From Chloroflexota bacterium (GTDB taxonomy: Bacteria > Chloroflexota > Dehalococcoidia > CAUJGQ01): DNA of 64,000 nucleotides. Within the stretch, counting starts at the first letter, position 1; each line of letters begins with the position of its first letter. Of the stretch, positions 55,134-64,000 are shown one piece after another. A program made the position numbers and the translations under genes. The stretch covers positions 1,758 through 65,757 of the forward strand of contig CAUJGQ010000026.1 of assembly GCA_963170165.1 (NCBI GenBank), read 5' to 3'. The notes under the pieces were generated by a model. The model was not told where the DNA came from. It saw nothing but the letters and a program-made list of their open reading frames with translations, and did not search any database.

Positions 55134-56003
55134 ATGGAGATCATGCGCGCGCGGGAGCTGGGCTTCTGCTTTGGGGTGCGCCGGGCGGTGGAGATGATGG
55201 AGCAGGAAGCGGCCACCGGCCTGCCGATCGCCTCGCTCGGTTCCGTGGTGCACAACCCGCAGGTGGTTGAGCGGCTGGCGGAGCACGGCGTCAACGTCAT
55301 CACCTCGCTCGATCAGGCGGACGGGCGCCGGCTGGCGATCACCGCCCATGGCGTCGGTCCGGCTGTGCTGCATGACGCCCGCGAACGCGGATTGACGGTG
55401 GTCGACACGACCTGTCCAATCGTTACCCGCGCGCAACTGTGGGCCAAGCGCATGGTGGAAAAGGGATTTGTGCTGCTGGTATACGGCGACCCGGACCACA
55501 AGGAAGTGCGCGGCATCCTCGGCTGGGCCGGTGGCAAAGCGATCACGCTGCGTGACGAGACGGAACTTGACGCGCTGCCAGAGGCATTGCCCTCCAAAGT
55601 TGCCGTGCTGGCGCAGACCACACACACCGAAGCGAAGTTCGCATCGTTCATCAACCGGCTGCTCATCTCGCGGCTGCATCGCATCAGCGAGTTGCGCGTG
55701 ATCAACACGTTGTGCAACGCCACCACCGGGCAACAGGCAGCAGTGTATGAGCTGGCGCGGCGCGTAGACATGCTGATCGTGGCCGGCGGCCGCGAGAGCG
55801 CCAACACCCGCCACCTTGCGGAGATCGGCGCCGAAGCAGGCGTGCCCACCTACCAGATCGAAACAGCAGAAGAGATCGACCCAACCTGGCTGGTTGGAAT
55901 CGATCGGGCTGGTATTGCCGCCGGCGCATCCACCCCCGATTTCGTCATCGACTCCGTCGAAGCGCGGCTGCGCGACATCGCGGCCACCACCATTGCCCCA
56001 TAA
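55134..56003 (+). CDS. ispH: 4-hydroxy-3-methylbut-2-enyl diphosphate reductase
   Basis: Three conserved Cys regions (GFCFGV, TCPIV, LCNAT) and AHGV / SANT motifs. Confidence 0.9.
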   Translation: MEIMRARELGFCFGVRRAVEMMEQEAATGLPIASLGSVVHNPQVVERLAEHGVNVITSLDQADGRRLAITAHGVGPAVLHDARERGLTVVDTTCPIVTRAQLWAKRMVEKGFVLLVYGDPDHKEVRGILGWAGGKAITLRDETELDALPEALPSKVAVLAQTTHTEAKFASFINRLLISRLHRISELRVINTLCNATTGQQAAVYELARRVDMLIVAGGRESANTRHLAEIGAEAGVPTYQIETAEEIDPTWLVGIDRAGIAAGASTPDFVIDSVEARLRDIAATTIAP

Positions 56004-56036
56004 CGCCCCCGGGTTCCCGCTAGAAGTGATCGGTCT

Positions 56037-57539
56037 ATGCCACGCACCCCGGTGAACTTGTTTGTCGAAGAGCTGCGCGAGGGTGTGCGCCGCACGCAGC
56101 CGGCCGAGGAAGCCGTGCCCGCAGGCGGGCTGATCGACGCGGTACGGCCGGGCAGCGCTGCGGCATCAGCCGGCATCCAGCCAGGGGGGCGCGTGCTCGC
56201 CGCCAACGGCCGTACACTGCGCGATGTCGTGGACTATCAGTTTTACACGGCGGAGGCGCGCGTCACCCTCCGCATTCAGGAGGAGGACGGTACCGAACGG
56301 GATCATCACTTCGCCAAGTGGCCCGACGACGACCTGGGGTTGGAGTTCGCCGAGGCCACCTGGGACGGCGTGCGGATCTGCTCCAACACCTGCCCGTTCT
56401 GCTTCCTCAAAGGTTTGCCGCGCGGCATGCGCCGCACCCTGTATGTCAAGGACGACGACTACCGGCTGTCGTTCCTGCATGGGAACTTCGTCACGTTGAC
56501 GAACCTGACCGAGGCCGACTGGCGGCGGCTGACGGAGCAGCGGCTCAGCCCGCTGCATGTCTCCGTACACGCTACCGAGCCAGCGTTGCGCCGCCGCCTG
56601 CTCGGATACCGTGATGCGCCGGATGTGATCGAGCAGCTACGGCGGCTGGCGTCACTCCGCATTCAATCACACACGCAGGTGGTGCTGTGCCCCGGCGTCA
56701 ACGACGGCGCGCACCTCGATCAGACAATCCAAGAGCTCGGCGCGCTGTACCCGGCGGTGCAGTCAATCGCCATCGTGCCGGTGGGTGCGACGATGCAGTT
56801 CGAGCAGCGCATGGGGCTCAGCGGCCGGGCACTGGAGGAGACCCGCGCCTGTAGCCGGCCGTATGCCCGCCAGATCGTACGCCAGGTGACCCGCTGGCAG
56901 CGCCGCTTCTGGAGCGAACACGGAGCGTCGGTCGTGCAAGCGGCCGACGAGTACTACCTCATCGCCGGGGCGCGCATTCCTGCCGCTGCCCGCTTCGATG
57001 GCTTCAGCCAGTACGAGAACGGCATCGGCATGACGCGGGTGCTCCTGGATGACTGGCACGATACGCGCCGCCGCCTGCGCCGGGCATTGGCCGCCGGTGA
57101 GCGGCTGACTGGGACGCCGCCACGGCTGACCGTCGCCGCGGGTGTGCTGATCGCCCCAACACTGGTACGCCTGTTCGCCGAGCTCGATGCGCTGGTGGGC
57201 ACACACACCGAGGTGGTAAGCGCCACGAATTACCGATTCGGTGCGCGCATCAACGTCTCTGGCCTGCTGCCGGGGGAAGACCTGACCGGTGCGCTCCAGG
57301 GACGCGACCTGGGTGACCTCGTGGTGCTGCCTCGTGCTGCGCTGGACTACTTCGGCCGAAAGTTCCTGGATGACCGCACACCAGCCGAGGTTGAAGCGGC
57401 GCTCGGCCGTCCGGTACGCTTTGCCTCAGGAATGTCTGAGGTGGTTGAACAACTGCTGCAGTTCACCACCGGCACGGCAGCCGCTCCGCCGTCCCTCCCC
57501 ACGGCTACGAATGGCAAGTTCTGGGCCGCCCGCGGCTAA
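56037..57539 (+). CDS. PDZ-radical SAM (CxxxCxxC)-DUF512 protein
   Basis: N-terminal PDZ-like region, CSNTCPFC radical-SAM cysteine triad, long C-terminal DUF512-like domain; 500 aa. Confidence 0.7.
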   Translation: MPRTPVNLFVEELREGVRRTQPAEEAVPAGGLIDAVRPGSAAASAGIQPGGRVLAANGRTLRDVVDYQFYTAEARVTLRIQEEDGTERDHHFAKWPDDDLGLEFAEATWDGVRICSNTCPFCFLKGLPRGMRRTLYVKDDDYRLSFLHGNFVTLTNLTEADWRRLTEQRLSPLHVSVHATEPALRRRLLGYRDAPDVIEQLRRLASLRIQSHTQVVLCPGVNDGAHLDQTIQELGALYPAVQSIAIVPVGATMQFEQRMGLSGRALEETRACSRPYARQIVRQVTRWQRRFWSEHGASVVQAADEYYLIAGARIPAAARFDGFSQYENGIGMTRVLLDDWHDTRRRLRRALAAGERLTGTPPRLTVAAGVLIAPTLVRLFAELDALVGTHTEVVSATNYRFGARINVSGLLPGEDLTGALQGRDLGDLVVLPRAALDYFGRKFLDDRTPAEVEAALGRPVRFASGMSEVVEQLLQFTTGTAAAPPSLPTATNGKFWAARG

Positions 57540-57593
57540 GAGCCCTCCGGCCGGTCGCAGCGCGCGCACCAGCAGCACACCGGAGCAATCACC

Positions 57594-59438
57594 ATGTGCG
57601 GCATCATCGGCTATATCGGCAATCGTGAGGCGGGACCCATCCTCCTGGACGGGCTGTCCATGCTGGAGTACCGCGGCTATGACTCGGCCGGCGTGGCCGT
57701 GCTCGACGGCGCGGATGTGCAGGTAACCAAGCGGGCCGGCAAGCTCTCGGTGCTCGCCGATGCGTACTTTGAGGCGCCACTCACCGGCACCTGCGGTATG
57801 GGCCATACCCGATGGGCCACCCATGGTTCCGTCACCGACGGCAATGCCCATCCGCATCGCGACTGCGCCGGCGATGTCGCCGTGATTCACAACGGCATCG
57901 TGGAAAACTACGCGGCGCTGCGCCAGCGGCTGGCGGGCCGGGGTCACCACTTCCACTCGCAGACCGATACCGAAGTGATCGCCCACCTGATGGAGGAGCA
58001 GCGGCAGGCCGGCGCCGATCTGCTCACCGCCCTTCGCCTAACCACGGCCGAGCTGGGCGGCGCCAACGCCATCGTCGCCATGGCGCGCTCGGAGCCACGC
58101 GTACTGGTGGCGGCGAAGCTGGGCAACGCCGGTGGCATCGTGGTGGGCTACGGCCAAGGGGAGATGCTGCTCGCCTCCGATCTGACCGCTCTGCTCGAGC
58201 ACACACGCAAAGTCGCGTTCTTGCACGATGGCGAGCTCGTGCGGCTCGACCAACACAGCGCCCACTATGTCAATGCGACCGGCGACACCATCACCAAAGA
58301 ACCACAGTCGGTCCCGTATGACGAATGGAAGGCGCAGAAGGGCAACTACCGTCACTTCCAGGAGAAGGAGATTCACGAGCAGCCCGATGCACTGCTGGCA
58401 ACCATCCGCTCGTATGTCCAGCTCGACCCACCGCGCGTCGTGCTGGAGGATGTGCCGTTGACACCGTTGCAGGCGCGGCGCTTCCGGCGTGTGGTGCTGG
58501 CCGGCATGGGCACCTCCGAGCACGCCGCCATGCTTGGCCGCTTCTACCTGGAGCGGGTCGCCCGGATCGCCGCATCTGTCGAGGATTCCTCCGAGTTTCG
58601 CTCCAGCGACCCTGTCATCGACGAAGAGACGCTGTTCATCTCCGTTGCTCAGTCGGGCGAGACGGCCGATACGCTCGTGGCGATGAGCGAAGCTAAAGCC
58701 CGTGGCGCGACCGTGCTCACCGTCTGCAACACACCTGGCGCCGCCTCCACCCGGCTGGCAGACGGCGTGCTGTACACCTTTTGTGGCCCGGAGCGGGCTG
58801 TCGCCTCCAGCAAGACCTTTGTGGCAGCATCGGCGGCGCTCTACCTGTTTGCCTGCTGGCTTGGTCATGTGCGCGGCGCCATCAGCGACGAGCGGCTGGG
58901 AGACCTGCTGCACGATATCGTGCGGGTGCCGGACCTCGTCGGCCGGGTACTGGCGGCGCCTGGCCCGATCCGCGACATCGCCCGCCAGCTCGCGCCCTTC
59001 CCCTCGGCACTGTTCCTGGGCCGCAACGCTGAGCTGCCGGTTGCCTTGGAAGGCGCATTGAAGCTGAAGGAACTTTCGTACATCCACGCCGAGGGCTACC
59101 CGGCGGGCAAGCTCAAGCACGGGCCCCTGGCGTTGATCGACCCGCAAATGCCGACAATCGCTCTCGCTCCGCGCGACGCATCGTTTGACAAGATGGAGAA
59201 CAGCATCAAGCAGGTCCGCGCGCGCGACGGCATCGTCATTGCCATTGGCAGCGAAGGGGATGAGCGGCTGCGGGACGCAGCAGATCATGTGCTGTCAATC
59301 CCGGCCGGTGTGCCGGAACTGATGCAGCCGCTGATCACCGTGGTGCCGCTACAACTGCTCGCCTATGAGATCGCTGTCTGGCTCGGCAAAGACGTTGACC
59401 AGCCGCGCAACCTCGCCAAAACCGTGACCGTCGAGTGA
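57594..59438 (+). CDS. glmS: Glutamine--fructose-6-phosphate aminotransferase
   Basis: MCGIIGYIG Ntn start, two SIS domains, C-terminal ...KTVTVE. Confidence 0.95.
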   Translation: MCGIIGYIGNREAGPILLDGLSMLEYRGYDSAGVAVLDGADVQVTKRAGKLSVLADAYFEAPLTGTCGMGHTRWATHGSVTDGNAHPHRDCAGDVAVIHNGIVENYAALRQRLAGRGHHFHSQTDTEVIAHLMEEQRQAGADLLTALRLTTAELGGANAIVAMARSEPRVLVAAKLGNAGGIVVGYGQGEMLLASDLTALLEHTRKVAFLHDGELVRLDQHSAHYVNATGDTITKEPQSVPYDEWKAQKGNYRHFQEKEIHEQPDALLATIRSYVQLDPPRVVLEDVPLTPLQARRFRRVVLAGMGTSEHAAMLGRFYLERVARIAASVEDSSEFRSSDPVIDEETLFISVAQSGETADTLVAMSEAKARGATVLTVCNTPGAASTRLADGVLYTFCGPERAVASSKTFVAASAALYLFACWLGHVRGAISDERLGDLLHDIVRVPDLVGRVLAAPGPIRDIARQLAPFPSALFLGRNAELPVALEGALKLKELSYIHAEGYPAGKLKHGPLALIDPQMPTIALAPRDASFDKMENSIKQVRARDGIVIAIGSEGDERLRDAADHVLSIPAGVPELMQPLITVVPLQLLAYEIAVWLGKDVDQPRNLAKTVTVE

Positions 59439-59487
59439 GCCGCCCGGCGGCCCGCGAGCGGTATCACCTGGAGAGTAGAACCTCGCC

Positions 59488-60426
59488 GTGAGCGCTGCCC
59501 AGATCCGCATCATCCTGGCGCTGACGGCGCTGGTCGGCGCCGTTGGTATCGCGACGGCCGTGGTGTTCTATCTCGGGGACCGCGAGCGCCTACCGGCCCC
59601 GCGCGCCGGCACGGCACCAGGTTCGAGCGCGGTTGCCGCTGCCCCGTCTCCGTCTACCGCTCCCACAACACCGCCGGCCCTGGCCGCAGAGACGCCCAGC
59701 CGTACCACCCCCTCGCCCGGCGCCGGCTCCCCAACGGCGGTGCGCGGCCTGACGGTACGCGCAACTACCGCGATCAACGTGCGGTCTGGCCCGGGAACTA
59801 CATTTGCCATCATTGGCTCGTTACAGGCGGGCGAGGTCGCACGAGTCACCGGCCGGGACGGTGATGCCGCCTGGGTGATGGTCGAGCTGGCCGCCGGCCC
59901 AGGCTGGGTAGCGGCCGGGCTGGTGGAGGCAACCGGCGACCTCGCCCTTGCCCCGGTGGTGGACCCAAGCGTGACACGGACCCCGACGCCGGCCACCAGC
60001 GCGACGCCAACGGCCACCCCAACGCCCGTGCGCTCCCCCTCACCATCAGCTACCGCAACCGCACGGCCGGCCTCACCGTCCATCACCGCCACCGCCCCCC
60101 GATTGAGCGGCGGACTGCCGGACATCGTCCTACAGGAGGTGACGGCGACCCAGGGCGGCCGGATCATGGTCAGTATCGCCAATGCCGGTGTCGCCCCGAT
60201 CTCCGGCCGCCGGGTGAGCGTGGTGGCATTGGATGAGGCAGCGAATGTCATCTTCAGCGAATCGACCGCTCCACTCACCCTCGGGCCCGGCTCGGCCGTG
60301 ACGGTCGAACTCGGCTATCAACTGGCCACTACTATGACGCTGACAATTATCCTCAATGCCGAGAACGCGATTGATGAGTCCAGCACCGGCAATAACCGCC
60401 GGCGTGTCACGCTCACACCCCGGTAG
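59488..60426 (+). CDS. Membrane-anchored SH3b-domain / CARDB-like domain protein with Pro/Thr/Ala linkers
   Basis: N-terminal TM, SH3b (INVRSGPGTTFAIIGSLQAGEVARV), low-complexity PT-rich linkers, C-terminal beta domain (IVLQEVTATQGGRIMVSIANAGVAPISGRRVSV). Confidence 0.6.
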   Translation: MSAAQIRIILALTALVGAVGIATAVVFYLGDRERLPAPRAGTAPGSSAVAAAPSPSTAPTTPPALAAETPSRTTPSPGAGSPTAVRGLTVRATTAINVRSGPGTTFAIIGSLQAGEVARVTGRDGDAAWVMVELAAGPGWVAAGLVEATGDLALAPVVDPSVTRTPTPATSATPTATPTPVRSPSPSATATARPASPSITATAPRLSGGLPDIVLQEVTATQGGRIMVSIANAGVAPISGRRVSVVALDEAANVIFSESTAPLTLGPGSAVTVELGYQLATTMTLTIILNAENAIDESSTGNNRRRVTLTPR

Positions 60427-60520
60427 CCTCGGGCGAAATGGCCATAAAGCCATCCCATCACGGCAGCGGCTTCGTGTTTACTGAGATCACGCACGAGCAA
60501 GGGTGAACGGACGTCGCGTT

Positions 60521-62482
60521 ATGTCCGGATTCGAGACCGTCAAGCAACGCGCCGATATCGTGGACGTGATCGGCCAGTATGTGTCACTCCAGCGGGCGGG
60601 CCGCAACTTCAAGGCGCCCTGCCCCTTTCATCAAGAGCGCACCCCATCGTTCTATGTGTTCCCAGACCGCCAGTCCTGGCGCTGCTTCGGCGCCTGCGCT
60701 ACCGGTGGTGATATCTTCACCTTCATCGAAAAGAAAGAGGGACTGGAACCGGTCGATGCGCTCAAGCTGCTGGCCGAACGCTACGGCGTCGAGTTGCCGC
60801 AGCGAGCCAAGCGGGCAGACGAGCTCCCCTCCTCGCGGCTGATCGAGGCCAATGAAGCAGCGGCCCTGTACTACCAAGCCATGCTCACGGGCGCTGCATC
60901 CGGAGAGCCGGCACGGGCCTACCTTGAACGTCGCGGCGTCGACACCGGGACGCAGCAGTCCTTCCGGCTGGGATTCGCGCCGGCGGCCTGGAGCAGTCTA
61001 CGCGACCATCTGCTAGGGAAGGGGTTCACACCACCGGAGTTGGTCGAGGCGGGCCTGCTGATCGAAGGCGAGCGCGAGACCCACGACCGGTTTCGCAACC
61101 GCCTGATGTTTCCGATTGCCGATGATCGCGGGCGGGTGATTGGCTTCGGCGGGCGGGTCTTCGATGACACGCCGCCCAAGTACCTAAACACACCGCAAAC
61201 CCCGATCTTCGACAAGAGCGGCACGCTGTATGCGCTCGACCGGGCAAAGGATGCGATCCGCATGTCCGGTATCGCCGTGGTGGTGGAAGGTTACATGGAT
61301 GCCATCGCTGCCCACCAGCACGGCATCAACAACGCGGTCGCGACGCTGGGCACTGCCCTAACCGAGCGGCATGTCGGCTTGCTCAAGCGCTTTGCCCGCC
61401 AGGTCGTGCTGTCGATGGACGCCGATGCGGCCGGCATTGAAGCGGCAGTGCGCGGCGAGGAAGTAGTACGGCGGGCGGCCACCGACGGCGAAGGCCGGTC
61501 AGAAGTGGTCGTTGACTTCCGCAACCTGGTGCGGGTGCAGGCAGCCGCCCCCGTGGAAGTACGGGTGTTCACGGTACCGCAGGGAAAGGACCCGGATGAG
61601 GCAATCCGCGCCGACCCAGATGCGTTCCGCGAGCTCACCCGCCAGGCAGTACCGCCGTTCGAATTTCGCCTGCGCTTTGAACTGTCGCGCATCGACCGCC
61701 AGAATCCGCGGGAGCGGCTGGAACTGGCCGACCGCATGCTGCCGCTCGTCGCGGCCGTGGCGGACCGTGCGATGCAGGCGCAGTACCTGGGGCGATTGGC
61801 TCAGGCGACGGCCATCCCCGAAGAAGTGCTGGCCGGCCGGCTCTCCAGCGACGAGGCGCCACCAGCCGGCCGCAAGCGACGTGCCGCGCCGCCCAAACCG
61901 CTGCAGATGCGCGAGAGCGCACGACAATCCGGCCAGGCGGCGGGAGCCCGCGGCCGGCCGGCGGCGCCAGGCGCCCGCCTGGAGACGGTGTTACTTCGGT
62001 TGCTGATGAGCTACCCGGGGTTACGTGAAGCCGGAATCGCAGTGGACGAGACGCTGTTGTATGACCCAGCTAACCGCGCGCTGCTATACGCCTGGCGGAC
62101 AGCGGCCAAGGATGGGCTTAACGCGGCACTCGACGACAACGGGCGGGCTCAGTACCAACACGTGATGGCCGAACGGCTGCCCCCGCTCGATGACGCCAGC
62201 GCCGGCCGCGAGCTGGGCTTTGTTCTTAGGCGGCTGGAGCTACGCCGGTTGGAGGATCAGGCGCGCCTGCACGCCGCCGTGCTGCTGGAATCCGCGACCG
62301 GCGAAGTCCGCGCTGAAGCGGCCGCCGCGCGCGCACTCGACGCATTCGCCGCCGAACCCAGCGGCGAGACCGAAGAATTGGCGGCCCGCCTGCTGCAGGG
62401 CGTGCAACTTGGCCGCGAACTGCACACCCTGGAGTCACAGCTACGAACCCACGAACGCACACCGGGCGACGCGCGCCCCTGA
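60521..62482 (+). CDS. dnaG: DNA primase
   Basis: Zinc-binding CPFHQERTPSFYV...CFGC, TOPRIM (VVVEGYMD), C-terminal helicase-interaction domain. GTG 60503 is an alternative start. Confidence 0.9.
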   Translation: MSGFETVKQRADIVDVIGQYVSLQRAGRNFKAPCPFHQERTPSFYVFPDRQSWRCFGACATGGDIFTFIEKKEGLEPVDALKLLAERYGVELPQRAKRADELPSSRLIEANEAAALYYQAMLTGAASGEPARAYLERRGVDTGTQQSFRLGFAPAAWSSLRDHLLGKGFTPPELVEAGLLIEGERETHDRFRNRLMFPIADDRGRVIGFGGRVFDDTPPKYLNTPQTPIFDKSGTLYALDRAKDAIRMSGIAVVVEGYMDAIAAHQHGINNAVATLGTALTERHVGLLKRFARQVVLSMDADAAGIEAAVRGEEVVRRAATDGEGRSEVVVDFRNLVRVQAAAPVEVRVFTVPQGKDPDEAIRADPDAFRELTRQAVPPFEFRLRFELSRIDRQNPRERLELADRMLPLVAAVADRAMQAQYLGRLAQATAIPEEVLAGRLSSDEAPPAGRKRRAAPPKPLQMRESARQSGQAAGARGRPAAPGARLETVLLRLLMSYPGLREAGIAVDETLLYDPANRALLYAWRTAAKDGLNAALDDNGRAQYQHVMAERLPPLDDASAGRELGFVLRRLELRRLEDQARLHAAVLLESATGEVRAEAAAARALDAFAAEPSGETEELAARLLQGVQLGRELHTLESQLRTHERTPGDARP

Positions 62483-62675
62483 GTGCGCCCGTGCACCCGC
62501 AGACGGCGCATGGACCGCGGGTCCAGAATGTGTCCCTCACGCTTCATGCACAATCTCAGACGACTTGCTACTGTAGAGGGACCACCCGGCCGGGACCGCG
62601 GGAGGCAGCGGGGCCACCGTGCGCTTGCTGTCCCAGAGTGCCTACTCCGGTGACCCGTATGGAGGATGGAACGGT

Positions 62676-64000
62676 ATGGCGGAGCGAAACGTGGCGGGAC
62701 CGCCCCCGGGCGACCCTGGGGATCGCCGGCCGAACAGTGATACCACCGACTATATGATCGAGCGCGCCTCCCGGCGCACCGAACGCGACACCGCCCGCAC
62801 CGACGTCCACATTCCCGAAGACTCGTATGAGCGCGCCGGCCAGTACCCAGAGCAGGACGCGCCGGATGACCCCAATCCCGGCGCTGAGACGGTGCAAGAC
62901 AGCCATGGTAGCGTCGCCGTCGCCGCAATCGAACTGCCGGACGCCGGCAGCCTGCGTAGCTTGAATGAGCGCCTGACCGGCTCACTCCTGCTGCGGCTGA
63001 ACGCGCCCGGAGCGACCGCGGTTGCCAGCCGGCCCGCCACCGCCGAGCCCGATATCTGGACCGCCGATGAACCCCCTGCGGTGATCGAGGAGGAGGAAGA
63101 AGCCGAGACCGTTCCCCTCGAAGACCAGGAAGGCATCGACGACCCGGTCCGCATGTACCTGCGGGAAATCGGCAAGGTCTTCCTGCTGTCGGCCGACGAT
63201 GAGAAGCGACTGGCGCGGCAGATGGAGGAAGGCAAACACATCGAGCGGCTGTACACGGCCTGGCGGCAAACCACCGGCCGCGTCCCCGACTCTGCTGAGA
63301 TCGCCAACCTCCTGTTTACAGAACTGAATCAACTGCTGCCGGTGGTGACGCTGGCCCACGCCTATATCCAGCTCAAGAAGCTGGCCGAGCCGCTGATTCG
63401 CCGGCGCTACGACGTCATTCCGGTGGACCTGCGCAAGCCATGGAAGGAGTTCCTGAACGACGGCATGGTCCAGGTGGTCAGCGATGACCCAGAGGCCGTC
63501 ACCGTGGACCGCTCGCAGGTCATCGTCCCGGAACGGGGCTACGCTGAGATCCTCGCGGACCCAGACTTCCGGGCCACGGTTGACGGTGAGATGGATCGCG
63601 GCCTGCGTGAGCGTGTCAACCAGACACTGGCGACGAACCGAGAGAAGGCGCGCGAGGCCGCGGCGGCCACGGCCGTCGAGGGCGAGACCGGTGAGGCGGT
63701 GCCCGACGAGCCTGCCAACGAGGCGGACAAGCAGATCGTGCGGCTGTCCATTGTCAGCCACATTCTTAGTCCCGATCTGCTGCGCCTGGGGCTAAGGGTG
63801 TGCGATGGCGAAGCGAACCTGTTTACCACACCGCAGGATCTGGCCGAGCGGCTCCGCCCGTACAACACCGAGCTCAAACGCGGGTTTGACCGTATCGTCG
63901 AAGACGGGCGCAAGGCGGAGAAGCGGCTAACCGAAGCCAACCTGCGCCTGGTAGTGTCGGTGGCAAAGAAGTACATCGGCCGGGGGATGAACCTGCTGGA
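62676..64000 (+). CDS. sigA: RNA polymerase primary sigma factor (sigma-70), 5' partial - continues beyond window
   Basis: GGAGGATGG RBS; region 1.2 DPVRMYLREIGKV, long non-conserved insertion, then region 2 EANLRLVVSVAKKYIGRGMNLL at the window end. Confidence 0.9.
   Translation, partial: MAERNVAGPPPGDPGDRRPNSDTTDYMIERASRRTERDTARTDVHIPEDSYERAGQYPEQDAPDDPNPGAETVQDSHGSVAVAAIELPDAGSLRSLNERLTGSLLLRLNAPGATAVASRPATAEPDIWTADEPPAVIEEEEEAETVPLEDQEGIDDPVRMYLREIGKVFLLSADDEKRLARQMEEGKHIERLYTAWRQTTGRVPDSAEIANLLFTELNQLLPVVTLAHAYIQLKKLAEPLIRRRYDVIPVDLRKPWKEFLNDGMVQVVSDDPEAVTVDRSQVIVPERGYAEILADPDFRATVDGEMDRGLRERVNQTLATNREKAREAAAATAVEGETGEAVPDEPANEADKQIVRLSIVSHILSPDLLRLGLRVCDGEANLFTTPQDLAERLRPYNTELKRGFDRIVEDGRKAEKRLTEANLRLVVSVAKKYIGRGMNLL

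Noticed and set aside
57540-57593. glmS ribozyme upstream of glmS
   Set aside because: Only 54 nt of spacer with an AGCAATCACC start context; far too short for the about 150-200 nt ribozyme.
1-64000. CRISPR arrays, transposases/IS elements, prophage genes, rRNA genes
   Set aside because: No regularly spaced short repeats, no transposase- or integrase-like ORFs apart from the chromosomal xerC, and no rRNA-like stretches were seen.

Overview
The window is high-GC (~68-70%), gene-dense bacterial chromosome. Almost every gap larger than 100 bp is accounted for by the compact protein-coding genes listed below. I could not support any rRNA, tRNA, CRISPR array, transposase or prophage gene from the sequence. 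The content is mostly housekeeping. (1) A long co-directional minus-strand operon runs FAD-oxidoreductase, FGGY sugar kinase, rpiB, tal, pgi, short-form 6-phosphogluconate dehydrogenase, zwf and pgl. (2) A shikimate/cell-wall block runs mltG, aroE, a membrane protein, an aroK-aroB fusion, a hypothetical gene and a methyltransferase. (3) A conserved plus-strand housekeeping block runs dprA, topA, xerC, aroQ, pepP, efp, xseA, xseB, a PHP phosphoesterase, mgtC, a formyltransferase-like gene, rluB, cmk, plsC, ispH, a DUF512 radical-SAM gene, glmS, dnaG and the 5' part of sigA. The accessory-looking material is: (a) a small stress island at 3.1-5.5 kb, with a YflT/GSP17M-like membrane protein divergent from four small, highly hydrophilic ORFs plus a DinB-family protein; (b) a 15.1-22.1 kb cluster of a secreted protein, a small ORF, a spermidine-synthase-like methyltransferase, an HExxH lipoprotein, two large GT-C membrane glycosyltransferases, a lipoprotein and a DUF3105-cyclophilin fusion lipoprotein; (c) a short CysRS paralog of MshC length (395 aa, about 120 aa after KMSKS, consistent with no anticodon-binding domain) with a structured upstream region and an unexplained ~470 bp non-coding stretch; (d) a ~530 nt structured leader upstream of alaS; (e) a Pho-box-like set of three 11-bp-phased direct repeats in the divergent intergenic region upstream of the PPP operon. 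All calls come from reading the six-frame translations, start-codon and RBS context, and remembered family motifs; no database search was run.
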